Source: Eledone cirrhosa
Lineage: Eukaryota
NCBI GenBank assembly: GCA_964016885.1
Contig: OZ024740.1
Location: forward strand, 18,042,001-18,106,000
DNA: 64,000 nt
Reading direction: 5' to 3'
Numbering within the stretch: the stretch's first letter is position 1; each line of letters starts with the position of its first letter. A program made the translations under genes and the position numbers. The notes under the pieces were generated by a model. It was not told the DNA's origin, did no database searches, and saw only the letters and a list, made by a program, of their open reading frames with translations. Of this stretch, positions 39,101 through 53,836 are shown piece after piece.

Positions 39101-42100
39101 GCTTCTACAGTTGACCACTGATTGTACGGTTGACTACAGATTGTACACTTGACCACAGATTGTACAGTTGACCACAGATTGTGCAGTTGACCACAGTTTG
39201 TACAATTGACCACAGATTGTACAGTTGACCACAGATTGTGCAGCTGACCACAGATTGTACAGTTGACCGCAGATTGTACAGTTGACCATAGATTGTATAG
39301 TTGACCACAGATTGTACAGTTGACCACATATTGTACGGTTGACCACATATTGTACGGTTGATCACAGATTGTTCAGTTGACCACAGATTGTACAGTTGAC
39401 CATAGATTGTACAGTTGACCACAGATTGTACAGTTGACCACAGATTGTACGGTTGACCACAGATTGTGCAGTTGACCACAGATTGTACAGTTGACCACAG
39501 ATTGTACGGTTGACCACAGATTGTACAGTTGACCACAGATTGTACGGTTGACCACATATTGTACGGTTGACCACATATTGTACAGTTGATCACAGATTGT
39601 ACAGTTGACCATAGATTGTATAGTTGACCACAGATTGTACAGTTGACCACAGATTGTACGGTTGACCACATATTGTACGGTTGATCACAGATTGTTCAGT
39701 TGACCACAGATTGTACAGTTGACCATAGATTGTACAGTTGACCACAGATTGTACAGTTGACCACAGATTGTACGGTTGACCACAGATTGTGCAGTTGACC
39801 ACAGATTGTACAGTTGACCACAGATTGTACGGTTGACCACAGATTGTACAGTTGACCACAGATTGTACAGTTGACCACAGATTGTGCAGTTGACCACAGA
39901 TTGTACAGTTGACCAGATTGTACAGTTGACCACAGGTTGTACAGTTGACCACAGATTGTGCATTTGACCACAGATTGTACAGTTGACCACAGATTGTACA
40001 GCTGACCACAGATTGTACAGTTGACCACAGATTGTGCAGTTGACCACAGATTGTACAGTTGACCAGATTGTACAGTTGACCACAGATTGTACAGTTGACC
40101 ACAGATTGTACAGCTGATCACTGCTTCTACAGTTGACCACTGATTGTACAGTTGACCACAGATTGTACAGTTGACCATAGATTGTACAGTTGACCACAGA
40201 TTGTGCAGTTGACCACAGATTGTACAGTTGACCAGATTGTACAGTTGACCACAGGTTGTACAGTTGACCACAGATTGTGCATTTGACCACAGATTGTACA
40301 GTTGACCACAGATTGTACAGTTGACCACAGATTGTACCGTTGACCACAGATTGTACAGCTTATCACTGCTTCTACAGTTGGCCACTGATTGTACAGTTGA
40401 CCACAGATTGTACAGTTGACCACAGATTGTACTGTTGATCACAGATTGTACAGTTGACCACAGATTGTACAGTTGACCACATATTGTGCAGCTGACAACA
40501 GATTGTATAGTTGACCACAGATTGTACAATTGACCACAGATTGTACAGCTGACCACAGATTGTACAGCTGACTATAGATTGTACAGATGACCACAGAGTG
40601 TACAGTTGACCTCAGATTGTACAGTTGACCACAGATTGTACAGTTGACCACAGATTGTGCAGTTGACCACAGATTGTGCAGTTGACCACAGATTGTGCAG
40701 TTGACCACAGATTGTACAATTGACCACAGATTGTGCAGTTGAATACAGATTGTGCAGTTGACCACAGATTGTACAGTTGACCAGATTGTACAGTTGACCA
40801 CAGGTTGTACAGTTGACCAGATTGTACAGTTGACCACAGTTTGTACAGTTGACTACAGATTGTACAATTGACCACAGATTGTGCACTTGAACACAGATTG
40901 TACAGTTGACCACAGATTGTACAGTTGACCACAGATTGTACAGCTGATCACTGCTTCTACAGTTGACCACTGATTGTACGGTTGACCACATATTGTACGG
41001 TTGACCACATTGTACGGTTGATCACAGATTGTACAGTTGACCACAGATTGTACAGTTGACCATAGATTGTATAGTTGACCACAGATTGTACAGTTGAGCA
41101 AAGATTGTACGGTTGACCACAGATTGTGCAGTTGACCACAGATTGTACAGTTGACCACAGATTGTGCAGTTGACCACAGATTGTGTAGCTGACCACAGAT
41201 TGTACAGTTGACCACAGATTGTACAGTTGACCACAGATTGTGTAGCTGACCACAGATTGTACAGTTGACCACAGATTGTACAGTTGACCACAGATTGTGT
41301 AGCTGACCACAGATTGTACAGTTGACCACATATTGTACAGTTGACCACAGATTGTACGGTTGACCACATATTGTACAGTTGACCACAGATTGTACGGTTG
41401 ACCACAGATTGTACGGTTGACCACAGATTGTACAGTTGACCACAGATTGTACAGTTGACCACAGATTGTACGGTTGACCACATATTGTACGGTTGACCAC
41501 ATATTGTACGGTTGATCACAGATTGTTCAGTTGACCACAGATTGTACAGTTGACCATAGATTGTACAGTTGACCACAGATTGTACAGTTGACCACAGATT
41601 GTACGGTTGACCACAGATTGTGCAGTTGACCACAGATTGTACAGTTGACCACAGATTGTACGGTTGACCACAGATTGTACAGTTGACCACAGATTGTACA
41701 GTTGACCACAGATTGTGCAGTTGACCACAGATTGTACAGTTGACCAGATTGTACAGTTGACCACAGGTTGTACAGTTGACCACAGATTGTGCATTTGACC
41801 ACAGATTGTACAGTTGACCACAGATTGTACAGCTGACCACAGATTGTACAGTTGACCACAGATTGTGCAGTTGACCACAGATTGTACAGTTGACCACAGA
41901 TTGTACAGTTGACCACAGATTGTACAGTTGACCACAGATTGTACAGTTGACCACAGATTGTGCAGTTGACCACAGATTGTACAGTTGACCAGATTGTACA
42001 GTTGACCACAGGTTGTACAGTTGACCACAGATTGTGCATTTGACCACAGATTGTACAGTTGACCACAGATTGTACAGTTGACCACAGATTGTACAGTTGA

Positions 42101-45100
42101 CCACAGATTGTACAGCTTATCACTGCTTCTACAGTTGGCCACTGATTGTACAGTTGACCACAGATTATACAGTTGACCACAGATTGTACAGTTGATCACA
42201 GATTGTACAGTTGACCACAGATTGTACAGTTGACCACATATTGTGCAGCTGACAACAGATTGTATAGTTGACCACAGATTGTACGGTTGACCACATATTG
42301 TACGGTTGACCACATATTGTACAGTTGACCACAGATTGTACAATTGACCTCAGATTGTACAGTTGACCACAGATTTTACAGCTGACCACATATTGTACAA
42401 TTGACCACAGATTGTACAGCTGACCACAGATTGTACAGCTGACTATAGATTGTACAGTTGACCACAGAGTGTACAGTTGACCTCAGATTGTACAGTTGAC
42501 CACAGATTGTACAGTTGACCACAGATTGTACAGTTGACCACAGATTGTGCAGTTGACCACAGATTGTGCAGTTGACCACAGATTGTACAATTGACCACAG
42601 ATTGTGCAGTTGAATACAGATTGTGCAGTTGACCACAGATTGTACAGTTGACCAGATTGTACAGTTGACCACAGGTTGTACAGTTGACCAGATTGTACAG
42701 TTGACCACAGTTTGTACAGTTGACCACAGATTGTACAGCTGACCACTGATTGTACAGTTGACCACAGATTGTACAGTTGACCACAGATTGTATAGTTGAC
42801 CACAGATTGTACAGCTGACCACATATTGTGCAGTTGACCGCAGATTGTGCAGTTGACCACAGATTGTACAGTTGACCACAGATTGTACTGTTGACCACAG
42901 ATTGTACAGTTGACCACAGATTGTATAGTTGACCACAGATTGTACAGTTGACCACATATTGTGCAGTTGACCACAGATTGTGCAGTTGACCACAGCTTGT
43001 ACAGTTGACCACAGATTGTACAGTTGACCACAGATTGTACTGTTGACCACATATTGTACAGTTGACCACAGATTGTACAGTTGACCACATATTGTGCAGC
43101 TGACAACAGATTGTATAGTTGACCACAGATTGTACGGTTGACCACATATTGTACGGTTGACCACATATTGTACAGTTGACCACAGATTGTACAATTGACC
43201 TCAGGTTGTACAGTTGACCACAGATTTTACAGCTGACCACATATTGTACAATTGACCACAGATTGTACAGCTGACCACAGATTGTACAGCTGACTATAGA
43301 TTGTACAGTTGACCACAGAGTGTACAGTTGACCTCAGATTGTACAGTTGACCACAGATTGTACAGTTGACCACAGATTGTACAGTTGACCACAGATTGTG
43401 CAGTTGACCACAGATTGTGCAGTTGACCACAGATTGTACAATTGACCACAGATTGTGCAGTTGAATACAGATTGTGCAGTTGACCACAGATTGTACAGTT
43501 GACCAGATTGTACAGTTGACCACAGGTTGTACAGTTGACCAGATTGTACAGTTGACCACAGTTTGTACAGTTGACCACAGATTGTACAGCTGACCACTGA
43601 TTGTACAGTTGACCACAGATTGTACAGTTGACCACAGATTGTATAGTTGACCACAGATTGTACAGCTGACCACATATTGTGCAGTTGACCGCAGATTGTG
43701 CAGTTGACCACAGATTGTACAGTTGACCACAGATTGTACTGTTGACCACAGATTGTACAGTTGACCACAGATTGTATAGTTGACCACAGATTGTACAGTT
43801 GACCACATATTGTGCAGTTGACCACAGATTGTGCAGTTGACCACAGCTTGTACAGTTGACCACAGATTGTACAGTTGACCACAGATTGTACTGTTGACCA
43901 CATATTGTACAGTTGACCACATATTGTGCAGTTGACCACAGATTGTGGAGTTGACCACAGATTGTACAGTTGACCACAGATTGTACAGTTGACCACAGAT
44001 TGTACAGTTGACCACATATTGTGCAGCTGACAACAGATTGTATAGTTGACCACAGATTGTACGGTTGACCACATATTGTACGGTTGACCACATATTGTAC
44101 AGTTGACCACAGATTGTACAATTGACCTCAGGTTGTACAGTTGACCACAGATTTTACAGCTGACCACATATTGTACAATTGACCACAGATTGTACAGCTG
44201 ACCACAGATTGTACAGCTGACTATAGATTGTACAGTTGACCACAGAGTGTACAGTTGACCTCAGATTGTACAGTTGACCACAGATTGTACAGTTGACCAC
44301 AGATTGTACAGTTGACCACAGATTGTGCAGTTGACCACAGATTGTGCAGTTGACCACAGATTGTACAATTGACCACAGATTGTGCAGTTGAATACAGATT
44401 GTGCAGTTGACCACAGATTGTACAGTTGACCAGATTGTACAGTTGACCACAGGTTGTACAGTTGACCAGATTGTACAGTTGACCACAGTTTGTACAGTTG
44501 ACCACAGATTGTACAGCTGACCACTGATTGTACAGTTGACCACAGATTGTACAGTTGACCACAGATTGTATAGTTGACCACAGATTGTACAGCTGACCAC
44601 ATATTGTGCAGTTGACCGCAGATTGTGCAGTTGACCACAGATTGTACAGTTGACCACAGATTGTACTGTTGACCACAGATTGTACAGTTGACCACAGATT
44701 GTATAGTTGACCACAGATTGTACAGTTGACCACATATTGTGCAGTTGACCACAGATTGTGCAGTTGACCACAGCTTGTACAGTTGACCACAGATTGTACA
44801 GTTGACCACAGATTGTACTGTTGACCACATATTGTACAGTTGACCACATATTGTGCAGTTGACCACAGATTGTGGAGTTGACCACAGATTGTACAGTTGA
44901 CCACAGATTGTACAGCTGACCACAGATTGTACAGTTGACCACAGATTGTACAGTTGACCACAGACTGTGCAGTTGACCACAGATTGTGCAGTTGAGCACA
45001 GATTGTACAGTTGAGCACAGATTGTACAGTTGACCACAGATTGTACAGCTGACCACAGATTGTGCAGTTGAACAGATTGTACAGTTGACCACAGGTTGTA

Positions 45101-45637
45101 CAGTTGACCACATATTTTACAGTTGACCACAGATTGTACATTTGACCACAGATTGTACAGCTGACCACAGATTGTACAGCTGCCCACAGATTGTGCAGTT
45201 GACCATAGATTGTACATCTGACCACAGATTGTACAGATGACCACAGATTGTACAGTTGACCATAGATTGTACAGCTGACCACAGATTGTACAGTTGACCA
45301 TAGATTGTACAGCTGACCACAGATTGTACAGTTGACCATAGATTGTACAGCTGACCACAGATTGTACAGCTGACCACAGATTGTGCAGTTGACCATAGAG
45401 TGTACATCTGACCACAGATTGTACAGCTGACCACAGATTGTACAGTTGACCATAGATTGTACAGCTGACCACAGATTGTACATTTGACCACAGATTGTAC
45501 AGTTCACCACAGATTGTGCAGTTGAGCACAGATTGTACAGTTGACCACAGATTGTACAGTTGACCATAGATTGTACAGCTGACCACAGATTGTTCAGTTG
45601 ACCACAGATTGTACAGTTGACCACAGGTTTTGCAGTT
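27145..45637. repeat. 19-bp satellite array (GATTGTACAGTTGACCACA)n, ~18.5 kb, roughly 970 monomers
   Basis: Direct reading; uninterrupted single orientation, with recurrent variants including 17-bp units and GCTGATCACTGCTTCTACA. Confidence 0.99.
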
Positions 45638-46737
45638 CTAAATCTAATTTTGCGCAGTAAGTTTACATGTTGTGTCAAATACTACATGTGTTTACATGGT
45701 AAATGGTGGTTAAAAGGCTTCACTCTTCAGAGTGTATTTCATTAGAAATATGGTCACAAAAGTGTTAAGGAAGTATTCTTCATTTATTTACTAGTTTTAT
45801 AGAATTAATCCATTTTAACACATTTTACTTTCTGGAGTATTAGAAATAAAAGAAAATAGAAAAATGAAATTTGCAGCTTACACCAATATAGGTATAGCTG
45901 GCCTCCTCTAAAGTGGTATCTCACAGTGGCGGTTGAACGGGGGTGGGTGGGGTGGGGGGGGGGGAGACAGACAGAGGGGCCACGGTCCTCCCAATAATTG
46001 TATTGTTGTCCCCAATCTACAAAAACACACATCTATTTGTATACTCTTTTACTATTTTACCTGCTCCAGCCATCCAGCTGAGGCCATGCTGGGGGGCACC
46101 GCATATGTGCAACAATTTATGTACAGGTCCTGTTCATCGCATATCAAGGTTTTTCATAACTTGGTTGATATTTGATAATAACAGCTAAACTAATTACTAC
46201 ATCTAAATTGACCAAATTTTTCCCCCACCTCCTCAATTCAGAAATGCTTCCACCACCCCTCTCTCATAAGGGGTTTCTCAGGTATTTTAATGAGAGGGGT
46301 CCACATTCTTATTATGAGAAGCATTATATTCAAGAACACAATGAGCTGTTCAGTCAAAGAATCAAACTCATGACCTTATAATCATGACACCAACACCCTA
46401 ACTACTAGGCCATGTGTCTTACCCATCAAGCTTGCACTATATGTAAATAAGCCATCATCAAATATGATTTGTTTACAAAATCTCTAAGAAGTTATTAAGT
46501 TCTATATCTCGGTATCATGTTATAAGTACACACAATAAAATGGTTACTGTTAGGAAAGACATCTAACTGAAGAAACCAAGCCAAACATGGAATGTACAAG
46601 TGTGGTGTGTACCCTTGACCTATCTAGAAGGGCAGTGAATTGGACCGTAACAAGCCATTCAATATATGCCCTAACCGTAGCTCTAACCCTTGTCTTTGCC
46701 TTTCCCCACCTTTTCCTTTCATTTATGTCATTTATAG

Positions 46738-47790
46738 TCCTTTCCTCTACTGTCCTCTACTGTCCTTTACTTTCCTCTACTGTCCTCTAATTCCCTCTAC
46801 TGTCCTCTACTGTCCTCTACTTTCCTCTACTGCTCTCTACTGTCCTCTACTGTCATCTACTGTCCTCTACTGTCATCTACTGTCCTCTACTTTCCTCTAC
46901 TGTCCTCTACTGTCCTCCACTGCCCTCTACTACCCTCTACTGTCCTCTACTTTCCTCTACTGCTCTCTACTGTCCTCTACTGCCCTCTACTGTCCTCTAC
47001 TTTCCTCTACTGTCCTCTACTGTCCTCCACTGCCCTCTACTGTCCTCTACTTTCCTCTACTGCTCTATACTTTCCTCTACTGTCCTCTACTTTCCTCTAC
47101 TGTCCTCTACTGTCCTCCACTGCCCTATACTCCTCTCTACTGTCCTCTACTTTCCTCTACTGTCCTCTACTTCCCTCTACTGTCCTCTACTTTCCTCTAC
47201 TGCCCTCTACTGTCCTCTACTTTCCTCTACTGTCCTCCACTGCTCTCTACTGTCCTCTACTTTCCTCTACTGCTCTCTACTGTCCTCTACTGTCATCTAC
47301 TGTCCTCTACTTTCCTCTACTGTCCTCTACTGTCCTCCACTGCCCTCTACTGTCCTCTACTTTCCTCTACTGCCCTCTACTGTCCTCTACTTTCCTCTAC
47401 TGTCCTCTACTTCCCTCTACTGTCCTCTACTTTCCTCTACTGCCCTCTACTGTCCTCTACTTTCCTCTACTGTCCTCTACTTCCCTCTACTGTCCTCTAC
47501 TTCCCTCTACTGTCCTCTACTTTCCTCTTCTGTCCTCTATTGTCCTCTACTTCCCTCTGCTGTCCTCTACTGCCCTCTACTGTCCTCTACTTCCCTCTAC
47601 TGTCCTCTACTTCCCTCTACTGTCCTCTACTGTCCTCTACTGTCCTCTACTGTCTTCTACTTACCTCTACTGTTCTCTACTTCCCTCTATTGTCCTCTAC
47701 TTCCCTCTACTGTCCTCTACTGTCATCTACTGTCCTCTACTGTCCTCTACTGTCCTCTACTGTCCTCTACTGTCCTCTACTTTCCTCTGT
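46738..47790. repeat. 10-bp tandem repeat (TGTCCTCTAC)n, ~105 copies
   Basis: Direct reading. Confidence 0.97.
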
Positions 47791-48269
47791 TTTCCTCGTC
47801 TTTCCTCTGGTTTCCTCTACAACCATATCTGCCCTTCTGTACCCCTTCCTCATTTTCTCATTACTTAAGTTTGCTTTTATCTTCCAGTCCGCTGGAACAA
47901 ATAAGTTGTACCTATAGTTCAAAGTGCCAGCCTTGTCACATTCTGTGGCACACTGAATCTCCCTGAGAACTACGTTGAGGGTACAGGTGTCAGTGGAATT
48001 CTCAGCCACGGAGTGTCAGTTATAGTTTTGTTATTCAAAAGAGCGTCCAGTAGTATGTGTGGTCTTCACAAAGCTTGTCCAATCAGAATTCATTTAAAAA
48101 AAATGTAAAATGATATTAAAAATTGTTTTAAAACAGAGTTAAATGCAGACATTGCTTGGTACATGCATTTCCCCTGACCATGAAAGACTAAATATACAGT
48201 GTGGGGCATTAAAAATAATCAAGTTTTTAAAATATCCTGGCATTTTCCAGTTCACTTCAACAAATTCAT

Positions 48270-49535
48270 AGCACATTTGTGGTCTACACTCAGTTTAAAA
48301 GTGTGTCTCTATGGCACACTTGTGTATTATACACAGTTTAAAAGTGTGTCTCTATGGCACATTTGTGTATTACACACACAGTTTAAAAGTGTGTCTCTAT
48401 GGCACATTTGTGGTCTACACTCAGTTTAAAAGTGTGTCTCTATGGCACACTTGTGGTCTACACTCAGTTTAAAAGTGTGTCTCTATGGCACACTTGTGTA
48501 TTATACACAGTTTAAAAATGTGTCTCTATGGCACATTTGTGTATTACACACCCAGTTTAAAAGTGTGTCTCTATGGCACATTTGTGGTCTACACTCAGTT
48601 TAAAAGTGTGTCTCTATGGCACACTTGTGTATTATACACAGTTTAAAAGTGTGTCTCTATGGCACATTTGTGTATTACACACACAGTTTAAAAGTGTGTC
48701 TCTATGGCACACTTGTGTATTACACACAGTTTAAAAGTGTGTCTCTATGACACACTTGTGTATTATACACAGTTTAAAAGTGTGTCTCTATGGCACACTT
48801 GTGTATTATACACAGTTTAAAAATGTGTCTCTATGGCACACTTGTGTATTATACACAGTTTAAAAGTGTGTCTCTATGGCACACTTGTGTATTACACACA
48901 GTTTAAAAGTGTGTCTCTATGGCACACTTGTGTATTATACACAGTTTAAAAGTGTGTCTGTATGGTACACTTGTGTATTACACACAGTTTAAAAGTGTGT
49001 CTCTATGGCACACTTGTGTATTATACACAGTTTAAAAGTGTGTCTCTATGGCACACTTGTGTATTATACACAGTTTAAAAGTGTGTCTCTATGGCACACT
49101 TGTGTATTATACACAGTTTAAAAGTGTGTCCCTATGGCACACTTGTGTATTATACACAGTTTAAAAGTGTGTCTCTATGGCATACTTGTGTATTATACAC
49201 AGTTTAAAAGTGTGTCTCTATGGCACATTTGTGTATTACACACACAGTTTAAAAGTGTGTCTCTATGGCACACTTGTGTATTACACACACAGTTTAAAAG
49301 TGTGTCTCTATGGCACACTTGTGTATTATACACAGTTTAAAAGTGTGTCTGTATGGCACACTTGTGTATTATACACAGTTTAAAAGTGTGTCTGTATGGC
49401 ACACTTGTGTATTATACACAGTTTAAAAGTGTGTCTGTATGGCACACTTGTGTATTATACACAGTTTAAAAGTGTGTCTGTATGGCACACTTGTGTATTA
49501 CACACAGTTTAAAAGTGTCTGTATGGCACACTTGT
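48270..49535. repeat. 43-bp minisatellite (43-45 bp variants), ~29 copies
   Basis: Unit AGTTTAAAAGTGTGTCTCTATGGCACACTTGTGTATTATACAC. Confidence 0.97.
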
Positions 49536-49569
49536 GATATTTATACAAAATAGACCGAGGAAAATGTTA

Positions 49570-50189
49570 ATGGTAGTGGAGGGTGGTGGTGATGGTGATG
49601 ATGATGATGTTAGAGGTGTAGTTGATGATAGTAAGGATGATGGCAGTGGTGGTGGTGGTAATGGAAATGTTTGTTGATAGCAGGGATGGTGGGGGAGTTC
49701 GTGGTGGAGATGGTGGTGGTGATGGTGGTGGTGGTGGTGATGATGGTGGAGATGGTGGAGATGGTGGTGATGATGGTGGTGATGATGGTGGTGATGGTGG
49801 TGGTGGTGGTGGTGATGATGGTGGGAATGGTGGTGGTACTGATGATGGTGGAGATGGTGGAGATGGTGGTGATGGTGGTGGTGATGATGGTGGTGATGGT
49901 GGTGGTGGTGATGGTGGAGATGGTGGTGGTGATGGTGGTGATGATGCTGGTGATCGTGGAGATGGTGGAGATGGTGGAGATGGTGGTGATGGTGGTGGAG
50001 ATGGTGGTGATGATGGTGGAGATGGTGGTGTCAACACTAACAGCAAGAATGATGATACAATTGAAGATCAAAAGAAGAAAAACAACAACGAACAGAACAT
50101 AAAAATAAACAAAACAAAAGAAATATATAAAAGAAATGTCCAACTTACGGTAAAACATTGGTAAAGAGCGACATTTTCTTGGTTTGTTA

Positions 50190-50224
<35 letters not shown>

Positions 50225-51206
50225 GAAAACAATAATGTTTCTGTTGTTTATATTATTATTGTTGTTGTAATTGTTGTCTTGGTCTTGGTAGATATTTGTA
50301 TTTTAGTTCTATTTATGTCATAGTTAAAAGAGGAAGGGCTCAGTGCTCATGGCCATCTTCAGAGGTTTCTTAGTGAGAAGTGAGGAAGTTAACCTCAGAT
50401 CAGAAACCTTGTCCAAATACTTGACACACAATAGACCCCACCCCTAAAGGGTTAGATAGTGGCTGTGATATACTGAGCAATGTGTTAGTGTTGTTATTGT
50501 TTCAGTCGTTTTAGTAGTAGGTAAATTCTGTTGTAGATTGTCCAAAATAGGTAATATTTCCTTATAAGGCAATTGGTTTAAAGTTTTCACTTGGGTTCAT
50601 TTTGTTTATTGATTGAGAAGACAGCGTTTTGTGTTGTCTTCTCGCTGGTCTGTCATATTTTTACTGTGAATATAGTAATATGTCATGTGATCAATTACAG
50701 AGAAAATGTGATGTTGCTGATGGTGTGGAAGGTGTTGGTGTTGGTGTTGAGGGTGTTGGTGTTGGTGTTGGTGTTGAAGGTGTTATTGCTGTTGGTGTTG
50801 GAGTTGGTGTTGATGGTTGTGGTGGTGGTAGTATTAGTATTTTTGTTGTTGTTGGTAATAGTTTAAGTAGGGATAATGTTGTTGTTGTGGTGATGTTAGT
50901 GAGGATGATATTGGTGGTGGTGGTGGTGGTGTTAGTGAAGATGTTGGTGGTGGTGGTGGTGTTAGTGAAGATGTTGTTGGTGGTGGTGGTGTTAGTGAAG
51001 ATGTTGTTGTTGGTGGTGGTGTTAGTGAAGATGTTGTTGTTGGTGGTGGTGGTGTTAGTGAAGATGTTGTTGTTGTTGGTGGTGGTGTTAGTGAAGATGT
51101 TGTTGGTGGTGGTGGTGGTGTTAGTGAAGATGTTGTTGTTGGTGGTGGTGGTGGTGGTGGTGATGGTGGTGGCGGTGCTTGTGGTGGTGGTTGTGGTGGT
51201 GGTGGT

Positions 51207-51248
<42 letters not shown>

Positions 51249-51262
51249 GGTGGTGGTGGTGG

Positions 51263-51293
<31 letters not shown>

Positions 51294-51343
51294 GGTGGTA
51301 GTGATGGTGGTGGTGGTGTTGGTAGTGGTGGTGGTGTTGGTAG

Positions 51344-51374
<31 letters not shown>

Positions 51375-51523
51375 GGTGGTGCTGGTGGTGGTAGTGATGG
51401 TGGTGGTGGTGGTGGTGGTGGTGGTGGTGGTGGTGGTGGTGGTAGTGGTGCTGGTGGTGCTGGTGGTGGTAGTGATGGTGGTGGTGGTGTTGGTAGTGGT
51501 GGTGGTGTTGGTAGTGGTGGTGG

Positions 51524-51554
<31 letters not shown>

Positions 51555-51917
51555 GGTGGTGCTGGTGCTGGTAGTGGTGGTGGTGGTGGTGGTGGTGGTG
51601 GTGGTGGTGGTGGTGGTGGTGGTGGTGGTGGTGGTGGAGGTGTCGGTAGTGGTGGTGGTGGTGCTGGTGGTGGTAGTGATGGTGGTGGTGGTGGTGTCGG
51701 TAGTGGTGGATTTAGATTATTGAGGTATTACACATTTACAGTTCAGAGTGCCCCCACACATATATATAAGACACATTAAGTTGGTTAATAGGTGGTTGTG
51801 ATAGCCATTAGATGATAGCATATATAGACATGTATATATATATATATATATATATACATGCTATCATCTCTCTCTATATATATACACACACATATATATC
51901 TACATATATTTACACAC

Positions 51918-52015
<98 letters not shown>

Positions 52016-52037
52016 GTATATATATATATATATATAC

Positions 52038-52116
<79 letters not shown>

Positions 52117-52125
52117 AATATATAT
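49570..52125. repeat. (GGT/GAT)n blocks (49570-50030, 50710-51710) and (TA)n
   Basis: Direct reading. Confidence 0.92.
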
Positions 52126-52431
52126 CATCATCATCATTTTAAAGTCCACTTTCCCTGCTAGCATAGGTTTGATGGGTCTATATAGACCAAGTCAGTACTG
52201 AAGTGGTGGCTACTGATCTTCCAGACAAGCCACTATCTATCTATATAATATTATAAAGCTGAGTGTCGTGGTATGTATGTATGTACCCTACACACCTCCC
52301 TATAGTTTCTTAGCTTTACTCTCTCCGTCGCTCTTCCCTCTCTCTATAATAGATCATTCCCCCTCTCTATAATTTAACTGCTTTACTCTCTCTGTCGCTC
52401 TTCATTCTCAAATATTATAAAGCTGAGCGTC

Positions 52432-52504
<73 letters not shown>

Positions 52505-52598
52505 TACAATTTAACTGCTTTACTCTCTGTCTCTCTTCACTCTCTATATGACAACACTCTTTTACTTTCCGTATCTACCTTCAATATATCAATATATA

Positions 52599-52890
52599 CC
52601 CAGGTTCTGCTGCACGTCGGGCTGAAGGGGCCAAACTCCTCAAATACCGGTCGCTCTCCGACAGGTTTGCGGTCGTTCCCCTGGCAGTGGAGACTTCTGG
52701 TGTCCTCGGCCCCAGGGCTACCTCCTTACTCTCCACCATAGGCGCTGAGCTGGCCAGCCGCAGGTGTGAGCCCCGCGAGTTGGAATGGCTTTTCCAGCGC
52801 GTCTCCCTTGCCGTCCTTTGGGGAAACGCCTTCTCCATTCTGTCCGCCGGGGCTGTGGGTGGGCCCCATCGCGTACCGTTGTAGTTGTTG
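52599..52890 (+). mobile_element. CRE-type non-LTR retrotransposon 3' fragment (restriction-like endonuclease C-terminus)
   Basis: PGSAARRAEGAKLLKY...[18 protein letters not shown]...LFQRVSLAVLWGNAFSIL, matching the K..KY / F.P.A.ET.G / QR.S.A..RGNA pattern. Confidence 0.75.
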
Positions 52891-53267
52891 TATACAGATA
52901 TTAACTCATCAATCCCATTATTTATATCATATATCAACATAGAGATGAGCGTCGTATGTATGTTTATTTCAAAAGGATAACCTCCTTCAAATTCGGTCAA
53001 CACACAAGCAGGTAATACATACATCAAAAGGCATATCTTAGAGAGACAGAGAGTGAAAGAGACAGATTAGGAAAACTACACACACACATCTAAAGAGAGA
53101 GTGAGGAGAGAGGAGAAACAGAGAGACATGGAAATAGAAACAGAGGTAATACATACATCTAAAATCATTTGGATACAAATATCATAATATAATGGTTGCA
53201 GAACGAAAATACAGACAAATATAATAATGTATGTATCCCACACACTTTTTCAGTCGTCGCTCGCATA

Positions 53268-53427
<160 letters not shown>

Positions 53428-53801
53428 CTATACTTTATATGTATGTATGTAAGATCATTCCCCCTCTCTATAATTTAACTACTTTACTCTGTTTGTCGCT
53501 CTTCACTCTCTATATGACGACACTGTTTTAGTTTCCGTATCTCCCTTCAATATATACATAGAGAGAGAGAGAGAGAGAGAGAAAGATTAGGAAAACTACA
53601 TACACGCATCTACAGAGAGAGACAGAAAAACAGAGGGAGGCGAAAAGAGAGAGATAGGCCGTTAGACAGAGAGAGATACAATTAAAGTGAGAGAGAGAGA
53701 GAGCCGGAAGGACAATGTGACACGGGAGGGTGTGTGGTATCTTTGCAGTGGAGTGGTGGGGGCAGGTATACCGAGCCGAGCGCCAGCCGGACGGGCCATT
53801 A

Positions 53802-53836
<35 letters not shown>

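Noticed and set aside
27057-45678. Dozens of minus-strand ORFs with CxxC repeats (VVNCTICGQLYNLWSTVQS) resembling zinc-finger or metal-binding proteins
   Set aside because: A stop-free 19-mer gives the same 19-aa peptide in all three frames; stop-creating variants and 2-bp deletions are freely tolerated; the longest edge ORF starts at TTG.
46640-47917. 425-aa ORF of LSSTVLYCPL repeats
   Set aside because: Translation of the 10-bp repeat.
47870-48060. Unique, balanced-composition stretch with an acceptor-like TTTTATCTTCCAG, a possible host exon
   Set aside because: All three plus frames stop within about 80 nt of the acceptor, and the minus-strand peptide has no motif I recognise; needs RNA-seq or BLASTX.
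27145-49535. CRISPR-like appearance of the 19-bp and 43-bp arrays
   Set aside because: Contiguous tandem units with no unique spacers, no cas genes, and a eukaryotic context.
49567-51723. Extensin-like, Gly/Asp-rich and poly-Val ORFs
   Set aside because: Trinucleotide microsatellite artefacts; the same applies to the YI, CV, HT, poly-L/T/Q ORFs elsewhere.
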